Positions 18,956 through 29,610 of a stretch of DNA of 64,000 nucleotides are shown in pieces; the stretch's first letter is position 1; every line of letters begins with the position of its first letter. The stretch comes from a virus (Duplodnaviria > Heunggongvirae > Uroviricota > Caudoviricetes). The stretch lies in the IMG/VR virus record IMGVR_UViG_3300029720_000461; one strand, 5' to 3'. The translations under genes and the position numbers were made by a program. The notes under the pieces are model-generated. The model did no database searches. It was not told the origin of the DNA and saw only the letters and a list, made by a program, of their open reading frames with translations.

Positions 18956-19711
18956 ATGAAGTATACAAATAAAGATTTTAAATGGGATTTTAGCAGTATT
19001 GACCCAGAATGTTTATACAGTGAATACAAGAAAGTAAGAATAGGTATTGAAGGAGTATATGCTAATGGAACAGGATATCTGGTTGATAAAACTGCATTTG
19101 AAAGAGAGTTATATCCAGAACTTGCAATAGCCGGATATCTGGTTAATTTTTCAAGAACTTATGGTGTCTGTGATGAATTAAGGCTTGTAAGTAAAGACAG
19201 TTTAAGAAATAATATACGTCTTAATCCTGAAGCATTATTTAATGTGTATATGCATCCAGAAGAATTTACAGGATATATGAAAGATAGTGATGTTGAAGAA
19301 ATCACTGAAATTTTAAAGAAAAACAGCTTTGTTAAAGATGTAGAAGTCACATATAAAAAGCCGGTACTTAATCTTACAAATAATGAATATGAAAAGGTCA
19401 TAAGAGATAATTTCACAAATATCTGTAAATATATAGCACATTTAAAGGAATTAAAATATTCAAATATAGATGCAGCATTTGAATTTGCAAGAAATTATGG
19501 CAATATAACATTGGAAGACCCTAAGACTGTTCTTAGCAGTGATACTGTAGAAATAAGGTATATAACAGACTTTTTGAAAAACTTAAAGAGTTTAAATGTA
19601 ACTATGGAAGATATTTTAAAAAGGTCAGAGGAAAACAGAAATCTGGCAATTTTAGATAGAAATTTACAGAAAGAATATGAAAAGAGAAGAAAAAATGAAA
19701 GGGAGAGATAG
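18956..19711 (+). CDS. hypothetical protein
   Basis: 251-aa ORF, AAGGAGAAAG RBS, ends ...KNERER. Confidence 0.5.
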   Translation: MKYTNKDFKWDFSSIDPECLYSEYKKVRIGIEGVYANGTGYLVDKTAFERELYPELAIAGYLVNFSRTYGVCDELRLVSKDSLRNNIRLNPEALFNVYMHPEEFTGYMKDSDVEEITEILKKNSFVKDVEVTYKKPVLNLTNNEYEKVIRDNFTNICKYIAHLKELKYSNIDAAFEFARNYGNITLEDPKTVLSSDTVEIRYITDFLKNLKSLNVTMEDILKRSEENRNLAILDRNLQKEYEKRRKNERER

Positions 19712-19713
19712 TT

Positions 19714-21057
19714 ATGTTAATTGATACAAAGAGATTTGATGATTTTTTAAGAAAGCATAGCTGCCACATAATAAACGAAGAGAAGACCTTGGAAGATAAG
19801 GTAACTTATCCGGATTTTACCACAAACAGATATGAGAGTGTATTTAAGCAGTTACAGACTGATATTGAAGTTGAAAAAGCTTATGATGCACTTGAGGATG
19901 TATTGTTTGCTGAAGATGAAGACGGAAGGCTTGTACTTAACAGCCCGTATGAATTTATTGCAGGCGGCAGGACATATTCATACGAAGCAGGTACACCGCA
20001 GGAAACAATCTGGGAAGACATGTTTAAGCTTCACAGCAAGGGAGCAGAGTTTACATATAGTACAGAATATGAAGATGTTAATTATGAAACAGCAGAGATA
20101 AATAACAATAAAGAAACTCCTAATATGAATATACTTGATAATCAGGATTTAAAGAAGAAATATGACAGTGGTGAAATAAAAATACCAGATAATATTATGA
20201 CAAAATATATGAATGGAAAAGCTGTATTTGTAATAGATAATGAGGAAGAAAGAGATATATTAGCTTATAATATAGCTAGATTCCCTTATCCCGGAATTAT
20301 TCCTGAATATAATTCAAATAATCCTTACTGGTTTAAAAATAATGATATAGCTTGCAGCAACTTTAAGACAATTCCATTTGAGTTTAAACTTATGCTTTAT
20401 ACAGATTTTTCAGTAATACTTGAACAAAGTAAATATGAGTCAATGTGTTTTGAGAATAAAAAAATAGCTGAATATGGTTATGAATTTAATGATGGCGACC
20501 AAATATGGAGTGATACAGCAGAAATTTATAAGACGGATAACGATAGCCTTTTTATAAAAAAATATGAAGCTGGATATACAAGTGAAGTTAAATATTCTAC
20601 AATAAGTCTCAACAACTTAATAGAAGAAATCCAACAGTATAAGGAAGATGAAGGCAAAAGTAAAAGAGGCGGTTGTTTCATTATAAAAGACCTTCCACAG
20701 GATATTATAAAACCGATACCGGATACAATGCTTGATAAATTTCTTAACAGCGAAGTTGCAATAAAAATATATAACGGAAAACAGCATGATGCGATTATGA
20801 GCCAGCTTAAGGAAACCGGCATTGATTTAAAGCTTGAAGAGTTTGGGGACTATGATAAAGACTATCCTTATTATCATATTGATAAGAATGTGAATAGCAG
20901 TAAAAGAAGTCTTAATGCCTCTATGGATATGCGTCATGTTATTGAAAGTAAAGGTATCAGATGGTGTGTTGATTTTGACAGCTTGGACAGAATCAGAAAA
21001 AACACAGAAGAGAAAGAAAAAACTGTTAAGAAAAATAAAGACCAGTACGAAAGATAA
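19714..21057 (+). CDS. hypothetical protein (QYER-tail family; C-terminal region paralogous to 21921..22614)
   Basis: Translationally coupled to the upstream gene; shared motif YDKDYPYYH/Y.DK; ends KNKDQYER. Confidence 0.5.
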   Translation: MLIDTKRFDDFLRKHSCHIINEEKTLEDKVTYPDFTTNRYESVFKQLQTDIEVEKAYDALEDVLFAEDEDGRLVLNSPYEFIAGGRTYSYEAGTPQETIWEDMFKLHSKGAEFTYSTEYEDVNYETAEINNNKETPNMNILDNQDLKKKYDSGEIKIPDNIMTKYMNGKAVFVIDNEEERDILAYNIARFPYPGIIPEYNSNNPYWFKNNDIACSNFKTIPFEFKLMLYTDFSVILEQSKYESMCFENKKIAEYGYEFNDGDQIWSDTAEIYKTDNDSLFIKKYEAGYTSEVKYSTISLNNLIEEIQQYKEDEGKSKRGGCFIIKDLPQDIIKPIPDTMLDKFLNSEVAIKIYNGKQHDAIMSQLKETGIDLKLEEFGDYDKDYPYYHIDKNVNSSKRSLNASMDMRHVIESKGIRWCVDFDSLDRIRKNTEEKEKTVKKNKDQYER

Positions 21058-21092
21058 TAAAAAATGAAATATTAAAAGGGGGGTAGAGGTTT

Positions 21093-21383
21093 ATGAATCT
21101 AAATAGGAACGAAAGGCAGGACGATACAATGGATTTTGAATGGAAAGTAGAAGACATGGCACTTATGAATGAAAAAGGCAATATATATATTTGCAATGAA
21201 AAAATTTATAAGGCTGAGAATGAATTAACAAGAGAAGAGAAGATTGAATTCCTTGACAGTATGAATGATGGGCTTACAAGCTATATACTTAATCTTGCTG
21301 ATAAACTTAAGGAAGATAAAGCAAATGGAGTTATCAAAAAAGATAAATATGGACAGATGAATACAATATCTTTCGCTGCATGA
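21093..21383 (+). CDS. hypothetical protein (N-terminal-module paralog of 23067..23828)
   Basis: NERQDDTMDFEWKVEDMALMNEKGNIYICNEKIYKAENELTREEKIEFLD close to the 23067 N-terminus. Confidence 0.45.
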   Translation: MNLNRNERQDDTMDFEWKVEDMALMNEKGNIYICNEKIYKAENELTREEKIEFLDSMNDGLTSYILNLADKLKEDKANGVIKKDKYGQMNTISFAA

Positions 21384-21488
21384 ATAAAGAAGAATGACAC
21401 AAGAAATTGTGTTGATAGTACATATGATAGGGGGGAAATTCGTTTTTCTCCATGTAGAAATATAAACAGACTTGATACAAATGTAAGC

Positions 21489-21908
21489 ATGTTTAGAAGC
21501 TCAATATATACAGATTATGTAGACGAAGCATTTCATATAAAGCTTAAAGACTTTGAGAAACAGGAAAGGCAGTATTTTAAGAGCCATGATGAATATGAAA
21601 TATTAAAGACTAAAGTATCTAAATATTCAGATAAATATGGAACTTTCGGACTTAATATCTGGAAAACAAGCAGAGGTTTATATTTCTATAAAAATGATGA
21701 TGCTAACAGTTTAGGAAGACAGATTACACTTGATGAACTTAAATTGTTTTATAGTAAATATGAAGAAATGGATAAGCTTTATGCAAAGATAACTAAAGAG
21801 CTTCCACGCATTGATTATGACCATGAATATATTGCAGAAAAGAGTGAAGAAACCCAGCCAGAAAAGAAGCCACTCCGTAAGAACAGAAATCAGTATGAAA
21901 GAGAATAG
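21489..21908 (+). CDS. hypothetical protein (C-terminal-module paralog of 23067..23828; QYER tail)
   Basis: FHIKLKDFEKQERQYF...NRNQYERE aligns with the 23067 C-terminal half. Confidence 0.45.
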   Translation: MFRSSIYTDYVDEAFHIKLKDFEKQERQYFKSHDEYEILKTKVSKYSDKYGTFGLNIWKTSRGLYFYKNDDANSLGRQITLDELKLFYSKYEEMDKLYAKITKELPRIDYDHEYIAEKSEETQPEKKPLRKNRNQYERE

Positions 21909-21920
21909 AGGTGAAAAGTA

Positions 21921-22614
21921 TATGAGAGAATTTAAAGATTTGACAGATGAAGAAATTAAATATTTTTGTAAGGATGTTTTTGGAGCTTTTAAGTTTGACA
22001 AGATAAAAAGGACTTTTAACGAACATATAGAATGTATTGATGTTAGTTTTTATGCTATAGAAAGTGAACCTAATATATCAGATAGAATTTGTTTACAGAT
22101 AAATGGTCTTAGTTCTAATGACTATAACATTGGAAAAGAAGATACATTATGGCAGCAGTTTCTATATGCAAGAGGAATCTGCTCTTTAGCAATAGATAAT
22201 CCTTATTTAGATATTGATATTAAAAAAGAAAAGAATACAGATAAATTAATACATAATGAAGATGAAAGGACATCTAAAATTATAGATGATTTTTGTAATG
22301 GATTAACTACAATCAGAATAGACTCTCAGAAAGAATTAAATAAATTTATAAAAATGGTAAACACAAAAGTTAATTGTCAGATAGAAGGAACTAATAGATA
22401 TGACAAAGACTATCCATATTATTATGTAGATAAAACCGATACATTAGATGCAGTATGTGATTTTAATTATCTTCTTGCTGGAGATTATCACTGTAATTTA
22501 AAGAATGAGAATATAACAAGATATGTAAAATTTAATACATTAAAAACAAAAGATATAAGTGCTATAAAAAATGAAAATAAGCTGGTGAAGAATAAAACCC
22601 AGTATGAAAGATAA
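21921..22614 (+). CDS. hypothetical protein (QYER-tail family)
   Basis: ATG at 21921 with GAGGTGAAAAG RBS; YDKDYPYYYVDK motif; ends NKTQYER. Confidence 0.5.
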
Positions 22615-22631
22615 CCACATTTACTGGCAGC

Positions 22632-22672
22632 TATGAAGTAACACTCATGGCTGCTTTTTTGTTTAAAGAATC
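22632..22672 (+). terminator. rho-independent terminator
   Basis: gcagctatga...tcatggctgc hairpin followed by TTTTTTG. Confidence 0.55.
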
Positions 22673-23066
22673 AGCTCATAAGGAACTCAGCCGTCTGGCT
22701 TTTATACTGCTTATGTTTACTGACCACTATAAGCTGTTTATCATTCAGAATATTTTTAGTACTTGAAATACTGAAATTAAGATACAGCCCGTGAAGGATA
22801 AAGGAAGAAAGAAAATGAAACGGATACACACCTTATAAGCCTGTTTTTTTAAAAAAAATATCAATGCCATAATAAGACCTTTTTGCAAAAATTTTAAAAC
22901 TATAAACAGATAAAATGATAATAGCTTATGAAGCAGAAAGGGATTACAAATTATGGCAAGTATAGAGGAAAAAGTAGAGAAATGTTATAAAAATAAACTT
23001 GATACACTTAATGTAAGACACTAGATAACAGACATAAAGAACAGGAATGAAAGGCAGGACAATACA

Positions 23067-23828
23067 ATGTTTGAATGGTATGTACAAGTCATGGAGCTGA
23101 TGAATGAGAAAAGCAATATCTATATTGGCAATGAAAAGATTTATAATGCTGAGAATAAATTATCAAGAGAAGAAAAGATTGAATTTCTTGATAAAATGAA
23201 TGATGATAAAATAAGTTATATGTTAAAGCTTGCTGATAAGTTTCAGGAAGACAAAGATAAGCTGTCAAAAGATGAATATGGATTCTATAAAGATGCATCA
23301 TTAAGAGCATGGTTAAAAAAGAATGATTACAGGGAAATTGTTGATACCAGTAAGCCATATATAGGAAGCATTACTCTTGTAGGCTATGATTCTTTTGGTT
23401 GTGGCAGAAGAAACATACAGAATATTAATTTACAGGCTAGAGATGATTGTCGTAAAGATTTTGTAGATGAATTATTTCACAGACAGTTAAAGGAATGTGA
23501 AAAGCAGGAAAAACAGTATTTTGCTGAATATGATGATTATAACATCTTATCAAGAAAAGTATCTAATTATATGTACAAATACAATATATCATTTGGTAAA
23601 GAAATCTGGCAAAGCGGAAACAGATTATTTTTTAAAGACCGTCAGACTGATGATGAAAGAGACCTTACAATGGATGAGCTTAAGGTACTGGAAGCTGCTT
23701 TTGAAAAAATAAAAGGTACTATGGATAAAATAATAAAGTCATTACCTGAAATGGATTATTATAATGAATATAAAGCAGATAAAAGTGATAAACAGATTAA
23801 AAGAAAGCAGCTAGAGCCTGAAAGGTAA
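23067..23828 (+). CDS. hypothetical protein (apparent fusion of the 21093 and 21489 modules)
   Basis: N-terminus matches the 21093 ORF and C-terminus matches the 21489 ORF; ends QLEPER. Confidence 0.5.
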   Translation: MFEWYVQVMELMNEKSNIYIGNEKIYNAENKLSREEKIEFLDKMNDDKISYMLKLADKFQEDKDKLSKDEYGFYKDASLRAWLKKNDYREIVDTSKPYIGSITLVGYDSFGCGRRNIQNINLQARDDCRKDFVDELFHRQLKECEKQEKQYFAEYDDYNILSRKVSNYMYKYNISFGKEIWQSGNRLFFKDRQTDDERDLTMDELKVLEAAFEKIKGTMDKIIKSLPEMDYYNEYKADKSDKQIKRKQLEPER

Positions 23829-23833
23829 CTAAT

Positions 23834-24361
23834 ATGGAAGATAATAAATTTACTGAACAACTATCAGGGCATGATACAACAATAACTGAAGATAAAATGG
23901 CACATTGTAAAGCTGTGGCAGAGCATATGAAGAAGGTTGCCAAGATACAGGGGAAAGATGACCTGACGGCTGATATATATTATGTAGTGGGGCTGCTGCA
24001 TGATATTGGATATCTAAGAGGCAGAAAAGAGCATGAAATAAATGGTGCGGTTATTTTAAAAGCAATGGGAATGAAAGATGAGTATGCACAGGCAATACTT
24101 AATCATGGAACTAATCCATATACTTTAAAGACAAATGAACAGACTGACATATTAATAGCATTGCAGGATGCTGATATGAGTGTAGATAAGTACGGTAGGG
24201 ATGCAGGCTTTAAGAAACGTCTTGAGGATATTAAATTAAGATACGGTGCTGATAGTGAAGCTTATGATACCGCCACCAAAACAGTTCAGTTCCTTAAAGA
24301 AAAATATAATGATGAACAGTCAAAGTCTATGAAAAGATATAGTAATTATGAAAGAATATAA
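23834..24361 (+). CDS. HD-domain phosphohydrolase
   Basis: H...HD motif: HCKAVAEHM ... GLLHDIGY ... NHG; ends YSNYERI. Confidence 0.6.
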   Translation: MEDNKFTEQLSGHDTTITEDKMAHCKAVAEHMKKVAKIQGKDDLTADIYYVVGLLHDIGYLRGRKEHEINGAVILKAMGMKDEYAQAILNHGTNPYTLKTNEQTDILIALQDADMSVDKYGRDAGFKKRLEDIKLRYGADSEAYDTATKTVQFLKEKYNDEQSKSMKRYSNYERI

Positions 24362-24491
24362 TTTTTAAGTGGTGTGATTAATTTCATGCCACTTTTTTAC
24401 TTTACAAATACAATAAAAAAGCTTTATTACAATATTTCCTGATTTTATACCTGTTAAAATTACATTATCAAGCAAATAAGGAGTCCTGATT

Positions 24492-24722
24492 ATGAGAAAT
24501 AATGTAATTGAAATATGGCAGCCAAAATATATGACAGATACATGTTTAATAGCAGCATATAAGGTTAAGGAAGATAATATCATTAAATTTACAAAGGCAA
24601 AGCATTTGGAAGGTATGAAATTTAAAATAAGCGGTAATGATATCCGAAGCTGTGAAATTGTTTCCAATGGTAAGATTGACTGCTATAACGTACCTATGAG
24701 TATGTTGAAGAGAGTGGATTAA
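24492..24722 (+). CDS. hypothetical small protein
   Basis: 76-aa ORF with AAGGAG RBS. Confidence 0.4.
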   Translation: MRNNVIEIWQPKYMTDTCLIAAYKVKEDNIIKFTKAKHLEGMKFKISGNDIRSCEIVSNGKIDCYNVPMSMLKRVD

Positions 24723-25525
24723 TGAGATGCGGAGTATGTGGCACAGTTATACCTTTTACTGATATCCTGTGCCTTAAATTTGGAAAAGTAAAAGACGGGT
24801 GCATCTGCAAATACTGTAAAGAAAAAACAGTAAAGATAATTCCCTTTAATACTTTAAGTTTATATGATGTCAAGCAGCTTATTATTTATAATTTAAGCCT
24901 TAATGAAGAACTAAGCAGAAAACCTTTTAATGCCACATCAGAACTTGGCATGTTAAAACTGGATGAGATTAACAGATATTTAAAAGTGGTTGAAAGCAGA
25001 CATAAAGAAATGGCTGTAAGAATGAAAGATATTACTGATTTAGCACTTGATTTATCAAAGCCAGTGATAAAAGGAAGAAATATATCAGGTGACATAATAT
25101 TTTCAATGAGGCTTAATAATGGTTTAAATATCACTAAAAGGATTAAAACAGGTGTAAGAATAGATTACAGTATCATAGGCAATAAAATCCAATATAATGA
25201 GCCGGGTGAACTTATAGTTATGAAATGTCTTATAAGTCAGGTTTATGAAAATATGTCATCAGAACTAAAGAAAAATATATATGAATATAATGCTTGTAAA
25301 GATATTGAAAATGATTCATTCACCACACAAGGCAGTATAGAACGGATAAAAGCATTAAGCCTTTTTGGACTGGATGATAAATATACCGGTGATGAACTTA
25401 AAAGCAGATACAGATTACTTATGAAAATGTTTCATCCGGACAGTCAGACAATTAATAACAGTATATTAACAGATTATACAGAAAGGATAAATGCAGCTTA
25501 TGAACTGCTGAAAAACAATTTATGA
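24722..25525 (+). CDS. zinc-ribbon + C-terminal J-domain (DnaJ-like) protein
   Basis: CGVCGT...CICKYCKEK; C-terminal LKSRYRLLMKMFHPD (J-domain HPD motif). Confidence 0.55.
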   Translation: MRCGVCGTVIPFTDILCLKFGKVKDGCICKYCKEKTVKIIPFNTLSLYDVKQLIIYNLSLNEELSRKPFNATSELGMLKLDEINRYLKVVESRHKEMAVRMKDITDLALDLSKPVIKGRNISGDIIFSMRLNNGLNITKRIKTGVRIDYSIIGNKIQYNEPGELIVMKCLISQVYENMSSELKKNIYEYNACKDIENDSFTTQGSIERIKALSLFGLDDKYTGDELKSRYRLLMKMFHPDSQTINNSILTDYTERINAAYELLKNNL

Positions 25526-25699
25526 AAAAATATATAACAGGTCTTATTTTAAATATCCTATTAATACTTTTTCCTATAGGTTTATTAACTGCCGGTGTAA
25601 TGACAGGGCAGAATATATTTTATAAATTAGGGATTGTTTCATGCGTGATAGCTTTTATGTTAATGAAACAAATTTATAAAATTGCAAACACACACTCGT

Positions 25700-27140
25700 G
25701 ATTTTAGCCATGACTAAGTGAGCATTTACAAAAAATCAGAATATGCTGAAATATGTATTTAGTGATAAATACATAAAATAAATATGTTTTATTGAATCTC
25801 GATTACATCTTCTATTTTACATTTAAGTTTACAGATGTTTTCAATAGTTTCAAGTGAAATTATTATATTTAAGAAGGAAATGATATTATGGCAGAAAAGG
25901 CTTATAAATATAGAATATATCCAAATAAAAATCAGAAAGAACTTATTGCTAAAACATTTGGATGTTGCAGATTTGTGTATAACTATTATCTTGATAAACG
26001 AATAGAAATGTATGAGAATGATAAGACCACATTTACATATTACATGTGTTCCAAAGATTTGACACAATTGAAGAAAGAATATGAATGGCTTAAAGAACCA
26101 GATAAAGATTCTTTACAAAAGTGTTTAAAAGATTTAGATATGGCATATCAGAAATTTTTTAAGGAACATACTGGTTATCCGAAATTTAAGTCAAAAAAGA
26201 ATAGGTATCAGTCTTATAGAACAAGTTACACAAAAACAACTGCTGGCGGGAATATAATGTTTTTAAATAAACATATAAAACTTCCAAAGTTAGGATTAGT
26301 TAAAATAAGAGATAAACAAGTTCCACAAGGAAGAATATTAAATGCCACAATATCACAAGAACCAAATGGACACTACTACTGTTCTCTATGTTGTACAGAT
26401 GTAGAATTTAAACAGTTGCCAAAAACCAATCAGAATATTGGAATAGATTTAGGGCTAGTGAATTTTGCAATATTATCTGATGGAAAAACAATTGATAACC
26501 TTCATTTTTTTGAAAAATCAGAAAAGAAACTTGCTAAATTACAACGTGAATTATCAAGAAAAGCAATTGGTAGTAATCGTTGGAATAAGGTGAGAATCAA
26601 GGTTGCAAATTTACAGAAACATATTTCTAATCAAAGAAATGATTTCTTACAGAAACTCACAACAGAAATTATAAGAATGTATGATGTAATTGCTATTGAA
26701 GATTTAGATATCAAATCTATGAAAGAAACAGATTCTATCATTCGCAATAAACGAATTGGAGATGTATCTTGGTCTGAATTTCGTAGAATGTTAGAATATA
26801 AGTCTCAATGGTATGGAAAGAAATTATCTGTAATAGACAGATATTATCCTTCTTCACAAATTTGTCATTGTTGTGGTTATAAAGATGGTAGAAAATCAGA
26901 AGATATTCGGTCTTGGGCTTGTCCTAAATGTAATTCAAAATTAGATAGAGACATTAATGCTGCTATAAATATTTTGAATGAAGGATTAAGAGTTATAAAT
27001 GTTTAAATAGTATATAAGAACCGTAGGAACTACGGGGATAGCTCGGTGATACTTAACTCAATAGAGTTATTGACCGAGAATCATGTGACTTTAATCATGT
27101 GAGGTTCAAAAGCATACATTAAATTATGCTGAAGAAAAAA
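25700..27140 (+). mobile_element. IS200/IS605-family element carrying solo tnpB (no tnpA); boundaries approximate
   Basis: tnpB with hairpin-rich flanks; no Y1 transposase ORF adjacent. Confidence 0.4.
25888..27006 (+). CDS. tnpB: TnpB (IS200/IS605-family OrfB, RuvC-like RNA-guided nuclease)
   Basis: OrfB N-terminus YKYRIYPNKNQ; RuvC-I GIDLGL; C-terminal zinc finger CHCCGY...CPKCNSKLDRDINAAINI. Confidence 0.85.
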   Translation: MAEKAYKYRIYPNKNQKELIAKTFGCCRFVYNYYLDKRIEMYENDKTTFTYYMCSKDLTQLKKEYEWLKEPDKDSLQKCLKDLDMAYQKFFKEHTGYPKFKSKKNRYQSYRTSYTKTTAGGNIMFLNKHIKLPKLGLVKIRDKQVPQGRILNATISQEPNGHYYCSLCCTDVEFKQLPKTNQNIGIDLGLVNFAILSDGKTIDNLHFFEKSEKKLAKLQRELSRKAIGSNRWNKVRIKVANLQKHISNQRNDFLQKLTTEIIRMYDVIAIEDLDIKSMKETDSIIRNKRIGDVSWSEFRRMLEYKSQWYGKKLSVIDRYYPSSQICHCCGYKDGRKSEDIRSWACPKCNSKLDRDINAAINILNEGLRVINV

Positions 27141-27149
27141 TATCAGAAG

Positions 27150-27420
27150 AAGATAAGTTTAAACTGCTTGGCATTGACATAAATGTCTCTATTTCATAGA
27201 GCCATGACAGTTTATTTTATGATACTAATATCTTTGTTAAAACAAAGCTATCCAAGTTTGCCTTATGATACTAACATTTCTACTTCGTAGAACTGTACAA
27301 GTTCATTTTATGATATTTGCCTTTGGCAAATCTAATAAAGTGAACTTAAAAATTCGGTAAATCTAATAAAACAAACTTCGCATCCTAATAAAATAAACTT
27401 AAAACCACTATAACTATAGA
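27150..27420 (+). repeat. hairpin and direct-repeat cluster 3' of tnpB (omega-RNA/right-end region, iteron-like repeats)
   Basis: ttttatgatactaa x3; short 5-6-bp-stem/3-nt-loop hairpins (ctctat-ttc-atagag, tctac-ttc-gtaga, ttgcc-ttt-ggcaa); direct repeats ctaataaaRNRAACTT x3. Confidence 0.5.
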
Positions 27421-27497
27421 ATCGTTTCTAAAAGGGTAAAAATTACATTTTATTTAATTTTAAAAAATTATAAAAATAAAAAGGAGAAAAAAGAGAT

Positions 27498-27749
27498 ATG
27501 AGAATTGCAAAGAGAGATGGAATTTCATTAGAAGAAATAAATAATATGTTTAAGTATGGTCAGGAAGTCAAGACAATAAGAGCAGATGTGACTTATAAAG
27601 GTATTATAAAGGAGATTTATCCGCATGTGCTTGTATGTGAATGTACAGTTGTTAATTCAGATATTGATGAAGTCAGAATTGGACTTAAACGTACATTAAC
27701 AATAAATAAAATAAGCTTTATCGGTGAAAAAGCAAATTCATATATTTAA
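27498..27749 (+). CDS. hypothetical protein
   Basis: 83-aa ORF with AAGGAGAAAAAAG RBS. Confidence 0.45.
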   Translation: MRIAKRDGISLEEINNMFKYGQEVKTIRADVTYKGIIKEIYPHVLVCECTVVNSDIDEVRIGLKRTLTINKISFIGEKANSYI

Positions 27750-27764
27750 AGGAAATAAAAAATT

Positions 27765-29600
27765 ATGGACTATATAGAACACGGGCTTGCAGTACTTGCA
27801 ATTATTATGTATTTTTTTAACGGACATAAAAAGCTTGGTACTTATTCAGAAAAATTATTTAATGCATATCTGGTTGTTAATATGCTGTATCTTTTATTGG
27901 ATGCAGCATTACTTTTATGTGCTAAAAAAGCATTTAATACAGATGTTTTATGCAGGATACATACAGCAGCACTTGTTGTACTGATATACTTTATGCTTTT
28001 ATATACACTAGCTGAGACAGGAAACTTAAAACAGAATGGAAAATTGTATATTATAAATGCAGGAGTATTGATTATAACTCTTACGCTTGTATTTGTTCTG
28101 CCTGTAAAAAATGCAAGAGGATTGTCAGTGACAGCAGGACTTTTAGTGTCTCTTTATTATGTGTGCTTTATTTTTATAACAGGTATAATAAGAAACAGTG
28201 TAATGACAAAGAAAAAGATTAAAACAATGATGTTCTGGATATTGCTGTGGTATTGTGCAATAATAACAGAACTTAAGTTTTCTAACACACATGTTACAGG
28301 ATTTGCAGGATTTATGGGAGCATTGGCAGTATTTTTTGAACTGGAAAATCCCCAGACAAGGCTTGACAGATGTGGTCTGTTTAATCTTGCAGCCTTTGAA
28401 GAATATTTTCTTTACCTGAAGGATAACGGTAAAAAATGTAATCTGATATTTTTAAAGATATATGATTTATCACATGACGAAAGCCTGAAAATATCAAAGC
28501 TGATAACGGATTATCTTCTAAGCCTTGAAATTGGTTTATGCTTTAAAAAAACAGAATGCAGTTATATTATAATTGTTCCATCAAACGTATCAGTCAAATC
28601 TGTTTATGAAGATGTAAGAAAACATACAAAAACGTATGTAAAAGAAATAATGAAGGAAAGGGCTGATGAGTTTTATCCTTCTTTTACCATTGTTAAGGAT
28701 GCTGAAATAATCAATGAAGCAGCCAGACTGTTAAAACTGGTAGATGAGCAAAAAGAAGGAAAATTAAAAAAGAATGATACATATTCAGTTATGGATAAAA
28801 ATGATTTTAAATTGCAGGCTGAATATGAAAATCTGAAGAGTAAAATAGAAAAAGCTGTTAATGATGACAGGATTACAATTTTTCTACAGCCTATATACAG
28901 TACAAAAGAAAAAAGAATAATTTCAGCAGAAGTCCTTATGAGGCTTATTAATGAAAATGGAGAAGTTCTGCCACCGTATAAGTTTATAACAGCAGCAGAA
29001 AAATCAGGGCTTATCATACAGCTTGAAAGCATTGTATTTAAAAAAGCATGTGAGTTTATTAAAACACATGATATGGATGCTCTTGGGCTTAAGTATCTTG
29101 AAATTAATCTGTCTGTAAAAAAGGGTGAAAGTAAAAAGCTTGTAAAAGAATATGAAGAAATTGTCAGGGAATACGGCATTGAACATGAAAAAATAAATCT
29201 TGAAATAACTGAATCTGCTTCACTTAATGAAAAACACAGCCTGTTGGATAATATGTCGAAATTTATTGAAAAAGGAATAAAATTTTCATTAGATGATTTT
29301 GGAAGCGGTGAAAGTAACTTGAATTATATAATTGATATGCCGGTATCCATTATAAAATTTGATAAAGATATGACAGATGCATATTTTAAATCGGAAAAAG
29401 CAAAAATAGTTATGGACAGTGCAATTAATATGATACATAAGCTTGGACTAAAAACAGTTGTTGAAGGTGTTGAAACAAAGGAACAGTTTGACGCAATGTT
29501 AAAAATACAGACTGATTATATACAGGGATATTATTTTAGCAAGCCTCTTGATGTTAATGATTTTGTAGAATATGTTTTAACATCTGAAACAAAAAAATAA
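27765..29600 (+). CDS. membrane-anchored EAL-domain c-di-GMP phosphodiesterase
   Basis: About 6 N-terminal TM helices; EAL-domain motifs FLQPIYS, EVLMRL, LEITES, FSLDDFGSGESNLNY, QGYYFSKP. Confidence 0.75.
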   Translation: MDYIEHGLAVLAIIMYFFNGHKKLGTYSEKLFNAYLVVNMLYLLLDAALLLCAKKAFNTDVLCRIHTAALVVLIYFMLLYTLAETGNLKQNGKLYIINAGVLIITLTLVFVLPVKNARGLSVTAGLLVSLYYVCFIFITGIIRNSVMTKKKIKTMMFWILLWYCAIITELKFSNTHVTGFAGFMGALAVFFELENPQTRLDRCGLFNLAAFEEYFLYLKDNGKKCNLIFLKIYDLSHDESLKISKLITDYLLSLEIGLCFKKTECSYIIIVPSNVSVKSVYEDVRKHTKTYVKEIMKERADEFYPSFTIVKDAEIINEAARLLKLVDEQKEGKLKKNDTYSVMDKNDFKLQAEYENLKSKIEKAVNDDRITIFLQPIYSTKEKRIISAEVLMRLINENGEVLPPYKFITAAEKSGLIIQLESIVFKKACEFIKTHDMDALGLKYLEINLSVKKGESKKLVKEYEEIVREYGIEHEKINLEITESASLNEKHSLLDNMSKFIEKGIKFSLDDFGSGESNLNYIIDMPVSIIKFDKDMTDAYFKSEKAKIVMDSAINMIHKLGLKTVVEGVETKEQFDAMLKIQTDYIQGYYFSKPLDVNDFVEYVLTSETKK

Positions 29601-29610
29601 AGCATATTAT

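Noticed and set aside
27340-27410. Possible CRISPR array from repeated ctaataaa units
   Set aside because: Only three short, irregularly spaced, imperfect repeats with no uniform spacers. More consistent with iterons or an IS end.
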